64,000 nucleotides of DNA from Bacillota bacterium (GTDB lineage: Bacteria > Bacillota > Clostridia > DUPQ01), in NCBI GenBank assembly GCA_036743175.1, contig DAINQB010000001.1, forward strand, positions 3,523 through 67,522, written 5' to 3'. A model generated the notes under the pieces. That model saw nothing but the letters and a program-made list of their open reading frames with translations. It was not told the origin of the DNA and made no database searches. The position numbers and the translations under genes are program-made. Positions 7,391 to 15,954 of this stretch are shown here, piece by piece; position 1 is the stretch's first letter; each line of letters begins with the position of its first letter.

Positions 7391-9226
7391 TCATCCTTTC
7401 AAAACGCATGTATATTTAGCATTAAAAGTTGTTTTGCTTCCTCTTCGTCTCACTATGACACCAGGTCTCGTGGAGTTGAAATCCTTTGTATAGCTGTTGA
7501 CCAGAAATACTTCCGTACCCTCTGCTCCCTTGAAATCCAGGGTGACCGTCTTGTCCATGAGCTCAAAGTCTATTGTCCAGTCGGAATCCCCGCTGAAGGT
7601 CCTTACATCAAAAAGATGCTGATAGCCTTCACTGTCCCCCAGACTATCCACCGGTTTTGTTTCATATTTGCAGACGATCTCTCCGGTACAATAGAACAGC
7701 CATTCAATGTTGTACTCCTCGACCCCCTGCACAAGGAATTCATCATGAACAACGTTTTCATCTATCCGTATATCCCTTGTATAATCGCAGCACTCATAAA
7801 CATTCTTACTTTTGGCCCTTATTCTTTCAGGGTCATAATACTCAACTATACCTTCGGGCCATATCCCTTCGCCCACAGGTTCATACTTCTGGTCCATTTT
7901 GTCTAGAATGACTGTATTATGAGCAAGAGTCTTATGCTGCCATTCCTGGAATATCCTGGTGCTGTAACCATTGCTTCCAAGGTCATAGGAAACAAGGTCG
8001 CCATAAAAGGCCATTTCTATGGTCATGACATCCGGATGGGCATGACTGATGGTCTTTATTCCCGTTTTAATGAAAACCTCAGTTATTCCATTCTTCAATA
8101 TGGCATTGAAACTATCTTCATTGTTCTGCGAGCCAAAGGAAGGAAGACCTTTGTAAGGATAACCCGGATTGAACAACAGTCTTTCGGGAACAGAGGCATC
8201 TCCCTGCCTGTAGAATGTCCCGAGTATCTGCCTCAGGTATTCATTGTCCAGTATCACGGCTGCATATTCCAGCTGCCTTTTATACTTGTTGACATGTATG
8301 GCCGGCCAGCCGTCGCCTGGATTCGGAAGATATCCGTTTGAAAACATGTTTTCAATGGGATACATATATAGTCTTTCAAGGTAGTTGAAAAGTTCTTCAG
8401 TCTCAGGAATATCCAGTTCATATTCCTTTGCCATATACATGAAGAATGTTATCGGATCGGCACAGTAATAGTGATAGTGGGGTGAATACTCAAACCACAT
8501 ACCTTCCTTCGTAACTCCCCTTCTCATCTGGTCGAGGAGTCCGAATCTGGAATAAACTGCTCGTTCGATGATTTCCCTGTCATCGAAGAACAATCCTACC
8601 ATTCCTTCAGCCGCCTTCATCCATGCAGGTATGTTATATATCTTGTTTGAGAACTGATCATACATCTCAGCCTGTGGAGTAAAAAGCTTTTCATGCCACC
8701 TTTGAAGGTCCTCCTTTGAAAAGCATTCCCTCATCATATCCATACCAAGCAGGCATTGTATTATGTTGACTGCATCAGAGAGATTTATTCCCGTCAGCTT
8801 GCCCTCGAATCGTTTTGCCGGTGATTCTGCAGTGAATGAATCGTAATTGTCAGCAAAGAAATCAAGTGCCTTTCCGGCAAACCCGGGATACTTTTCGTCT
8901 TTTTCCAGTCTATACAGTATCCCGCAGTTATATATGGTTCCAAATGTCCTGCCCCTGTAGGATGCAGTCCATGCATTGTCCTTCTTTGAACCTGTATTGA
9001 CCATTCCGCAGACGGAGCATTTATGTGCATTCGGAGAATTAACATCAAAGATCAGCATACCTGCGCATTTGTCGCAGTGGTAATTATGTCCCCAACCGGC
9101 GGTACGGGAAGCATCATCATGATAATTCTCAATGAATGCATTTGCATCAGCCTGCATCTTCTCATAGATATCCCTCGCCCATGTCTGAGTCTTGATTTTT
9201 TCTTCTACATTTTTCCAGTCAATCAT
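7391..9226 (-). CDS. heparinase II/III-like polysaccharide lyase family protein
   Basis: The HAHPDVMTIEMAFYGD...DLGSNGY...LAHNTV segment matches the heparinase II/III signature. SD AGGAGA is 6 nt before the ATG. No signal peptide. Confidence 0.5.
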   Translation of the reverse strand: MIDWKNVEEKIKTQTWARDIYEKMQADANAFIENYHDDASRTAGWGHNYHCDKCAGMLIFDVNSPNAHKCSVCGMVNTGSKKDNAWTASYRGRTFGTIYNCGILYRLEKDEKYPGFAGKALDFFADNYDSFTAESPAKRFEGKLTGINLSDAVNIIQCLLGMDMMRECFSKEDLQRWHEKLFTPQAEMYDQFSNKIYNIPAWMKAAEGMVGLFFDDREIIERAVYSRFGLLDQMRRGVTKEGMWFEYSPHYHYYCADPITFFMYMAKEYELDIPETEELFNYLERLYMYPIENMFSNGYLPNPGDGWPAIHVNKYKRQLEYAAVILDNEYLRQILGTFYRQGDASVPERLLFNPGYPYKGLPSFGSQNNEDSFNAILKNGITEVFIKTGIKTISHAHPDVMTIEMAFYGDLVSYDLGSNGYSTRIFQEWQHKTLAHNTVILDKMDQKYEPVGEGIWPEGIVEYYDPERIRAKSKNVYECCDYTRDIRIDENVVHDEFLVQGVEEYNIEWLFYCTGEIVCKYETKPVDSLGDSEGYQHLFDVRTFSGDSDWTIDFELMDKTVTLDFKGAEGTEVFLVNSYTKDFNSTRPGVIVRRRGSKTTFNAKYTCVLKG

Positions 9227-9235
9227 TTTTATCTC

Positions 9236-9589
9236 CTATCCCTTGAATGCTCCCGTAAGAAGCGCAATTAAGATCATAAGAATAAACATGGATACTATTA
9301 TCCATGCAAATATATTCCTTTTCTTATAATTCGGATTGTCCTTGTTGTCAGGAGCCTGGTTCTCCTCATCTGCTATAACCCTTGTCAATTCGACCGCTCT
9401 TTCATAATCAAGCTCACCGACATATATTTCAGCAGGCACAGAATGTGACAATGATCCTGTAATTATCTTCATATATCCATCCAGATTCCTGTGCTTGATG
9501 ATATATGGGATTTCGTTTTGTTTCAGGATACCTTCGTACAGGAAAAGTTCCACACTTTGTTCTACGGTAACAAGTAATTGTTCTTCCAT
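9236..9589 (-). CDS. DUF2007-like protein with a C-terminal membrane anchor
   Basis: The N-terminal 70 aa resemble the putative signal-transducing DUF2007 fold. A C-terminal TM helix is present. Confidence 0.35.
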   Translation of the reverse strand: MEEQLLVTVEQSVELFLYEGILKQNEIPYIIKHRNLDGYMKIITGSLSHSVPAEIYVGELDYERAVELTRVIADEENQAPDNKDNPNYKKRNIFAWIIVSMFILMILIALLTGAFKG

Positions 9590-9632
9590 TGGACACCCCT
9601 TTCATAACCTCTATTATATCAGATAACTCCCG

Positions 9633-10481
9633 TCAGACACCTTTGAATGAAAGCAAATCCCCGGTTTTCAGCTGACCGATAATCCTAAGGTCTTCATTTT
9701 GTATAACTGCTATTACAGGATATCCCCCGGACGTTTGTCCATCGTTCATTATAATTACAGGCATACCGGACCCTGTCACCTGTATGCATCCCGGGAACAC
9801 AGGTTTGGTTACAATACCATCAGAAAGACCCGAAAGGTATTCCTTAGGCTCAAGCCTTATGCCCATCCTGTCAAGATGAAGGGATACCTTGAAGGAATCC
9901 TTAATGAACTCCTTTGTTATCTTTTTCCCAAGCAAGACTGAATCAGGACCTTCCCTGACCTTCACTTTATATTTACCGTCAGCCCTTATATATGAAAAGT
10001 CATGCTCCACGATATCAGGATTGCCCACAGGACCGGCAAAACAAAGGATGTCACCTGAAGCAAGTCTCTTCCCTCTTGGCATGGAGGTACTTCCAAGAAA
10101 AACATTGCCTTCGATTCCCCCGGCAACACCAATATATGTCCTTATTCCCGACTTCATACCATGGAATTTCAGTATGCTACTGTTTTTTGCACAGATAACT
10201 TCATTCACCGGTATGGCTGCATCGTCCAATGTTGCACCGGGGTCTGCCCCGCACAAGGCAAAGCTGCAGTCTCTTAGAAATTCTCCTGAAAACCAGCTGC
10301 CTGTAACTTCCACTGCAGCAGAATTTTCCCGATTGCCGAGAATACTATTTAAAATGGCATATGCATAAGGATCCAGCGGTCCGGACAATGGCATACCGTA
10401 CCTTCTGTAACCTCTTCGTCCACCATCCTGAACAGAGGAATGAATGCCGGGTTCAATCACCCTGAATATAGAATCAGACAT
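9633..10481 (-). CDS. pxpC: 5-oxoprolinase subunit C (KipA / allophanate hydrolase subunit 2 family)
   Basis: Whole-protein resemblance to KipA/PxpC. It forms a pxpA-pxpB-pxpC triad and overlaps pxpB by 8 nt. Confidence 0.75.
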   Translation of the reverse strand: MSDSIFRVIEPGIHSSVQDGGRRGYRRYGMPLSGPLDPYAYAILNSILGNRENSAAVEVTGSWFSGEFLRDCSFALCGADPGATLDDAAIPVNEVICAKNSSILKFHGMKSGIRTYIGVAGGIEGNVFLGSTSMPRGKRLASGDILCFAGPVGNPDIVEHDFSYIRADGKYKVKVREGPDSVLLGKKITKEFIKDSFKVSLHLDRMGIRLEPKEYLSGLSDGIVTKPVFPGCIQVTGSGMPVIIMNDGQTSGGYPVIAVIQNEDLRIIGQLKTGDLLSFKGV

Positions 10482-11142
10482 CCTTCACCGCCCTGAATCT
10501 TATGCTGTCTCCGGGCTTCACAGGGAATGGCTCTTCTGCACCGGGAACAAAGAACCTGAATCCGGTCTTTCCGATGATTCGCCAGCCACCGGGGCTGTCC
10601 TCGGGATAAATGCCTGTCTGTCCACCTGCAATTCCGACTGAGCCTGCGGGAATCAACAGTCTCGGTATTTCAAGTCTTTTGGTTTCCAACCTGGGGTCCA
10701 AACCGCCCAGATAACAGAATCCCGGTAAAAAACCTATCATGAAAACCCTGTATTCCTTCGATGTATGTATGTCGATGACCTGCTGTTCAGACAAACCTGC
10801 ATTTTGTGAAACGAAACCAAGGTCCGGCCCTGATTCTCCACCGTATGACACATTGATCTCATGACATGTTTCAATATTCTCCATTTGTTTCGGCTTAGCA
10901 CTTTTTATAAATGACTTTAGCTCATGCTTTTTAATGAAATCCGGATTATACTCAAGCAATATACTCGAATAAGCAGGGATGATTTCAATGATGGCATCTG
11001 TTTCAAGCGCAGATGCCATTGACAGTACATATCTGTTCAGGTCGACATCAATCCTGTTTCCAAAATCAATCAGAACATAGTTATCAGCCGGGAAATGAAG
11101 TTTGAACTGAAAATTTACTGACAATTGATATTCCTTCCTCAT
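10474..11142 (-). CDS. pxpB: 5-oxoprolinase subunit B (KipI / allophanate hydrolase subunit 1 family)
   Basis: KipI-like cyclophilin-type fold pattern. Adjacent to pxpA and pxpC. Confidence 0.75.
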   Translation of the reverse strand: MRKEYQLSVNFQFKLHFPADNYVLIDFGNRIDVDLNRYVLSMASALETDAIIEIIPAYSSILLEYNPDFIKKHELKSFIKSAKPKQMENIETCHEINVSYGGESGPDLGFVSQNAGLSEQQVIDIHTSKEYRVFMIGFLPGFCYLGGLDPRLETKRLEIPRLLIPAGSVGIAGGQTGIYPEDSPGGWRIIGKTGFRFFVPGAEEPFPVKPGDSIRFRAVKDV

Positions 11143-11845
11143 TCAGCTTCTGTCTTATCCGTAATGCCATGGCTAGCGCTCCGGATGTATCACCATGAAT
11201 GCATATGGTATCTGCGCCAACATGCATAAACCCGGGTGCCTTACCCCTTGCAAAATCCAAAACCCTGCTCGCAACAAGCTCCACATCCTCAATGACTGCT
11301 CCCGGAATCCCCCTTTGCATAAGTGTCCCGTCGGGATTATATCCCCTGTCAGCAAAGGCTTCGCCAACAGGTATTCCTCCCGCATCTGCTATAGCCTCCA
11401 TTGATTCTGAACCCGCAAGTGTGTATACGGGAATCCTCCCTGTAAATGATACGACAGCTTTTACAATTGAATGCATCAGTCCATAATCTGAAGCCGCCCT
11501 GTTGTACAAGGCACCGTGGAGTTTCAGGTGACTCATTGATGAACCCATGCGGACAATATATTCATTGAAAGCTGCTACCTGACAAACCACATTGTCAGTT
11601 ATGGTACAGGTATCAAGTCCTGTCTCACACCTTCCAAAGCTGTCCCTGTCCGGATATCCAGGATGTGCTCCTGCCGCAACACCTTCTTCCAAAGCCATGA
11701 AAATTGTCTTCTTCATTAAGTCAAGGCTGCCTGCATGGGCTCCGCAGCATATATTTGCACTGCTGATATAGCTTAAAAGTTCTCTGTCAAAGGGAAACCC
11801 TTCCCCTATATCACTGTTAATATCAATGGAATTTCCCTTAATCAT
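11084..11845 (-). CDS. pxpA: 5-oxoprolinase subunit A (LamB/YcsF family)
   Basis: DINSDIGEGF...CGAHAG is the LamB/YcsF signature. The ATGA start overlaps the stop of the upstream M14 gene. Confidence 0.8.
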   Translation of the reverse strand: MIKGNSIDINSDIGEGFPFDRELLSYISSANICCGAHAGSLDLMKKTIFMALEEGVAAGAHPGYPDRDSFGRCETGLDTCTITDNVVCQVAAFNEYIVRMGSSMSHLKLHGALYNRAASDYGLMHSIVKAVVSFTGRIPVYTLAGSESMEAIADAGGIPVGEAFADRGYNPDGTLMQRGIPGAVIEDVELVASRVLDFARGKAPGFMHVGADTICIHGDTSGALAMALRIRQKLNEEGISIVSKFSVQTSFPG

Positions 11846-13101
11846 CAGACCAGCAGGACCTCCCTGATGTATTGCATGACACCTTTGAAATGTCTGCCGG
11901 CAACATCCTTCATCATAGGCACATCTGCCTTGAATTCACATGCCTTCAGTGCATAAGGATGGTTTCTTACAAAATAATCCCAGGCTTCCATATCGAATGC
12001 CGGAACTTTATATTTCCTGTATATCCATAGGGGCAGACTACCGGGAGTAGTACCAAAGGCAAGGAATAGTTCACCGGGGAATTCCCCGTTTCTGAAACCA
12101 TCTGAATAAGCTTCTGCCAGTTCCTTGCATGAATTCACATAATCATTGTCATCCTTTGCCGCCCCCGCTCCGAAAAGCTGGTCAAAGGTAATTCCTCCGG
12201 GGTAACAGTGGAATGACAATACAACCTTTGGATTTATGGTTTCGATGAAACCGACAATAGCCTTTGTTTCAGGTTCGGATACAGGAAACGGTCCTCTGTA
12301 TGTCAGTGATGACGGGTCAGAGGTATTAAGTCCATACATTTCATCTGCAATTTCCCAGTCAGATGGAAAATTCCTGTTCAGGTCGACTCCTGCTGCATTT
12401 TTCCTCAAATAATATGTGTGGCCAGTTGCCATTCTTTCAGCCTCATCGGGATTTGCAGATGGCATTACAGCCATGCCGACTTGTTCATAAAGTGACTCAT
12501 CATACAGTTGGCAGAATCTCTCAAATACATCAAGCACTGTAAACTGACCTGCTTCAGCCGCATGAACACCTCCGACCAAAACAACGGCATTTTTCATGTT
12601 ACCCCTCTTGAGTACAAGCATCTCCCTGCCTTTGACTGAGTGCCCATGTTTTTCCAGAATGACTCCATTGTAGGTGAATGCAATCCTTTTACATTCATCT
12701 GCTGTTCTTTCGTGGTTCCAGATGACCTCATTGTCTACCGCTCTTACATGCACAGGCCCGAGTGGTCTTTCATTCATTTCAGTGTTAATCCAGTAAAGAT
12801 ACACTCTTCCTTTTACGGCAGACCTGTCAGTGTATCTGAACAGATTCTCTGACCTTCTTTCCGGCCTGCCTTTGAAGATACTTGCTGCTCCTTTGAAATC
12901 CTCTGTAAGAAGATAGCCGTTCCGGTGCTTGTTGTAGTGGAAACCGGGGACTTCCTTTCTAAGGACTTCTACCTCGAGACCTTCAGGAAGTCCCGGGAAA
13001 TTTCCCGGTTCCCTCCTTACAAGCGTACTTATGGCAAAATTCAATGTGATGACACCATCGAATGATATTGCATCAAGGTCATAGACCAGTGAAAATCCCA
13101 T
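11845..13101 (-). CDS. M14-family zinc carboxypeptidase (gamma-D-glutamyl-diamino-acid peptidase-like) with a roughly 130-aa N-terminal extension
   Basis: HAAE (HxxE), NRNF and SFHCYPGG motifs match the M14 zinc and substrate sites. SD AGGGGG precedes the ATG. Confidence 0.65.
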   Translation of the reverse strand: MGFSLVYDLDAISFDGVITLNFAISTLVRREPGNFPGLPEGLEVEVLRKEVPGFHYNKHRNGYLLTEDFKGAASIFKGRPERRSENLFRYTDRSAVKGRVYLYWINTEMNERPLGPVHVRAVDNEVIWNHERTADECKRIAFTYNGVILEKHGHSVKGREMLVLKRGNMKNAVVLVGGVHAAEAGQFTVLDVFERFCQLYDESLYEQVGMAVMPSANPDEAERMATGHTYYLRKNAAGVDLNRNFPSDWEIADEMYGLNTSDPSSLTYRGPFPVSEPETKAIVGFIETINPKVVLSFHCYPGGITFDQLFGAGAAKDDNDYVNSCKELAEAYSDGFRNGEFPGELFLAFGTTPGSLPLWIYRKYKVPAFDMEAWDYFVRNHPYALKACEFKADVPMMKDVAGRHFKGVMQYIREVLLV

Positions 13102-13109
13102 TGTTACCC

Positions 13110-13132
13110 CCTAAGAAAATGGAGACCGAAGA
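13110..13132 (-). other. intra-operon hairpin GGAGACCG-AAGAA-CGGTCTCC between the flavoprotein and M14 genes
   Basis: Perfect 8-bp stem with only a weak T-tract. It could be a partial terminator or an mRNA processing or stability element. Confidence 0.3.
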
Positions 13133-13146
13133 ACGGTCTCCATATG

Positions 13147-15141
13147 TTACTTCACGATTTCCCCGCGTCTGTATGCACTCCAAACATTCTCAAACCAGTT
13201 GTCCTCGGTGGGAATTGGTCTTATATCCTGCCATTCAACCTCAAACTCGGGCTTGCTGTCCTTCAGGTTCATTCCAATTACACATGCTTTCTTCAAAAGG
13301 TCGCCTTTGTCCAGTGTAAATCTGAAATCATCTGACAGTTTGTCAAGCGGAAGAATTCCCTTGTCGTCACTTACAAGATATGATCCCCTGGAGCGACCCC
13401 CGTTCCTGATGAACTCAATGATGGCCTTGAGGTAAACTATCTGTGTAATGAGGATATCCCTGTTTCTGAATGCCTCTGCAAGTTCCCAGCTTCGTCCGGC
13501 AACTGTTGCTTTTTCAAACCCGGCCAGGAGTTCGGTGGATTCAGCAAGGGCTTTCTCAGCTTCTCCCAATGAACGGATATGTGCTCCGGCCCTGGTCATA
13601 CGTGCCTGCATTTCGAGTCTGTTCTCAATGATATTGGACTCACCCTCGTTGGCAAGAATGGTAAGTGCCCTGTCCATGTTTGTTGAAACCACATCGCTGA
13701 CAGCATCGGCAAAAGCTTCTGATGACATGGGTTCGTCAGTATAGTTTGCAGCTATGAACTGGGCTGCCCTGAAGGATCCGACCTGGGTTGAGTTCAGTGC
13801 ACTTCCTCCCGGTCTGTATACTCCGAAAGTACCATTTACTTCACCAACAGGGAAAAGATGTCTGATATTGCTTTCCCACCACATGTTCCCCATCAGGCCA
13901 CCGTTGTTGTGCTGTGCGCAAACAGCAATTTCAAGATACTCAGTTGTTATGTCTATGCCATTGTTTGAATACAGGTCAATCGCAGGCTGGTTCATGTGTG
14001 CAAGTCTTTCAATGGGTTTTCCGAACAGTGCATTGGAGTTCTTCAGGTAATTATAACTTTCTGCACCAAGCATTGAGAAATCAAATTCTCCATTTTTTTC
14101 ACTGCATGTCGGGTTGTTCATGAAGTCCATGAAAACCCTTCTGCCCTTGACCTGGGTTTCATTATATACAAGTATATCTATGATGGATGATCCAAAATTC
14201 TCAATCTTTCTGGGGTCAAACGGCCATTGGTAGCCCTTTAGGAATATTGCATCCAGGAGCTTACCCTTGTCATCGAAGTATTCATCCAGGAATTCCTTCT
14301 CGTCTTTACCATCCTTGTCTGTTGAAATGTATCTTGGAATTACCTGCTGGTATGTGCCTGAAAGATTCCATCTGAATTTTATCGAAGCTATTCCATATTG
14401 TGATTCTGTAAGGTTGATTCCCTTTGCACCGGCCTCATAAGCCATTCCCGAACTGCCAAGATGATTTACAGGATAAACACTGGTCAGGTACATGCCTGCA
14501 GGTCCGCCTGCTGCATAGATTACATTTGTACAGTTGAACAAAGTGAATCCCTTGTTCTTTGAATCCTGCCTCGCCGTATCAATTGCCAGAAGTCCTACTG
14601 CTTTTTCATCCTTGGTCAATACAGCAATTACAACAAAGCCGTCAAAGATCCTGATTCCCTTGTTGTTGATCTGGACTTCAAGTTTCTCCGTCATGAACTT
14701 CGATGTCAGAGGTCCTGCGGAAGTAGCTCTTTCCCTGGGGTCATGGTCCGTCTTGTATCCTATGTACTCACCGTACTTGTTGTGCGGGAAAGGTACTCCG
14801 ATGGACGCCAGCTTATAAAAACCCTTTGCAGACAAAGCAGCTTCAACCAGCGCTATGTCACCATGCATGCTGCCGCCTTTGAAAAGAGTCTGTGCCATTT
14901 CGAATACAGAGTCAGGAGTATTTCCGGACAGGGTCAGCTTATAATATGTCTGTTTGTCAGAACCGGTATTCCTGGATGTCCCCATTTTAATGCCTTCGGT
15001 GATTATTGCAATGTCCTTTTGCCCGAGGTCATACAATGAATCAGCGGCATTGTACCCGGCAGCACCAGTTCCCAGCACTATTGTATTCATGCTGTATACA
15101 TCATATTCAATGCCTTTGATAATAACAGTTTCCTTGTTCAT
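13147..15141 (-). CDS. FAD-dependent flavoprotein of the fumarate-reductase / succinate-dehydrogenase / KstD superfamily (FAD_binding_2)
   Basis: N-terminal GTGAAG Rossmann motif, an HNNGG-type segment and a helical C-domain. 664 aa. Confidence 0.6.
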   Translation of the reverse strand: MNKETVIIKGIEYDVYSMNTIVLGTGAAGYNAADSLYDLGQKDIAIITEGIKMGTSRNTGSDKQTYYKLTLSGNTPDSVFEMAQTLFKGGSMHGDIALVEAALSAKGFYKLASIGVPFPHNKYGEYIGYKTDHDPRERATSAGPLTSKFMTEKLEVQINNKGIRIFDGFVVIAVLTKDEKAVGLLAIDTARQDSKNKGFTLFNCTNVIYAAGGPAGMYLTSVYPVNHLGSSGMAYEAGAKGINLTESQYGIASIKFRWNLSGTYQQVIPRYISTDKDGKDEKEFLDEYFDDKGKLLDAIFLKGYQWPFDPRKIENFGSSIIDILVYNETQVKGRRVFMDFMNNPTCSEKNGEFDFSMLGAESYNYLKNSNALFGKPIERLAHMNQPAIDLYSNNGIDITTEYLEIAVCAQHNNGGLMGNMWWESNIRHLFPVGEVNGTFGVYRPGGSALNSTQVGSFRAAQFIAANYTDEPMSSEAFADAVSDVVSTNMDRALTILANEGESNIIENRLEMQARMTRAGAHIRSLGEAEKALAESTELLAGFEKATVAGRSWELAEAFRNRDILITQIVYLKAIIEFIRNGGRSRGSYLVSDDKGILPLDKLSDDFRFTLDKGDLLKKACVIGMNLKDSKPEFEVEWQDIRPIPTEDNWFENVWSAYRRGEIVK

Positions 15142-15150
15142 AATTCCCCC

Positions 15151-15954
15151 TTACAGCCTTTGTATGTGGAATCCACCGTCCACATTCACTACTTCACCTG
15201 TTGAAAAAGCAAATTTTCCTGAACAGAATGCAGAAACTGCATTCGCAATATCCTCAGGATATCCCCATCTCTTGATGGGAGTCAGGCCTTCGGCGATAAG
15301 CTTGTCATACTTGCCTTTGACTACCTCGGTCATCGGGGTGAGGATTATTCCGGGACGTATTTCATATACATTGATTCCGAATTCGGCAAGCCTGTCTGCA
15401 AAGAGTTTTGTAACCATGCTGACTCCGGCCTTTGATATACAATATTCTCCCCTTGAAGTTGAGGAAACATAAGAGGACATTGAGGCAATATTGACTATCA
15501 TGGGTCTGTAATCATCCAGTTCCCCGACTTTTTCAATCATTTTATTGGCCACCAATTGTGTCAGGAAGAAAGTACCTTTCAGATTTATTCCTGTAACGAA
15601 GTCGAAGCTCTCCTCTGTAGTCTTGAGGATATCCATCCTGACTCTTGGAGCGACACCTGCATTGTTGACAAGCACATCAATCCTGCCGAATTTTTCCAGG
15701 GTCTTTTCAACTACATCGAGTCTGCTTTCAGCCTTTGTTATGTCCCCTCTCAGGTAAAGGACTTCCGCGCCGGTTTCCTCAACGTTCTGAATGTTGTCGA
15801 CCACATCCTCCCTTGCCAGGACATCCATGATTGCTATGGAATATCCGTCTTTTGCAAGCTGTAAGGCTATTCCGTTACCGATACCCCTTGCGGCTCCCGT
15901 AACCAGTGCAACTTTTTTGCTACTCATATTACTTTCCTCCAAATAAATCATCAA
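15151..15954 (-). CDS. SDR family NAD(P)-dependent oxidoreductase
   Basis: TGAARGIG cofactor motif and a YxxxK active site. Its start overlaps the upstream gene's end by 26 nt, suggesting translational coupling. Confidence 0.8.
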   Translation of the reverse strand: MMIYLEESNMSSKKVALVTGAARGIGNGIALQLAKDGYSIAIMDVLAREDVVDNIQNVEETGAEVLYLRGDITKAESRLDVVEKTLEKFGRIDVLVNNAGVAPRVRMDILKTTEESFDFVTGINLKGTFFLTQLVANKMIEKVGELDDYRPMIVNIASMSSYVSSTSRGEYCISKAGVSMVTKLFADRLAEFGINVYEIRPGIILTPMTEVVKGKYDKLIAEGLTPIKRWGYPEDIANAVSAFCSGKFAFSTGEVVNVDGGFHIQRL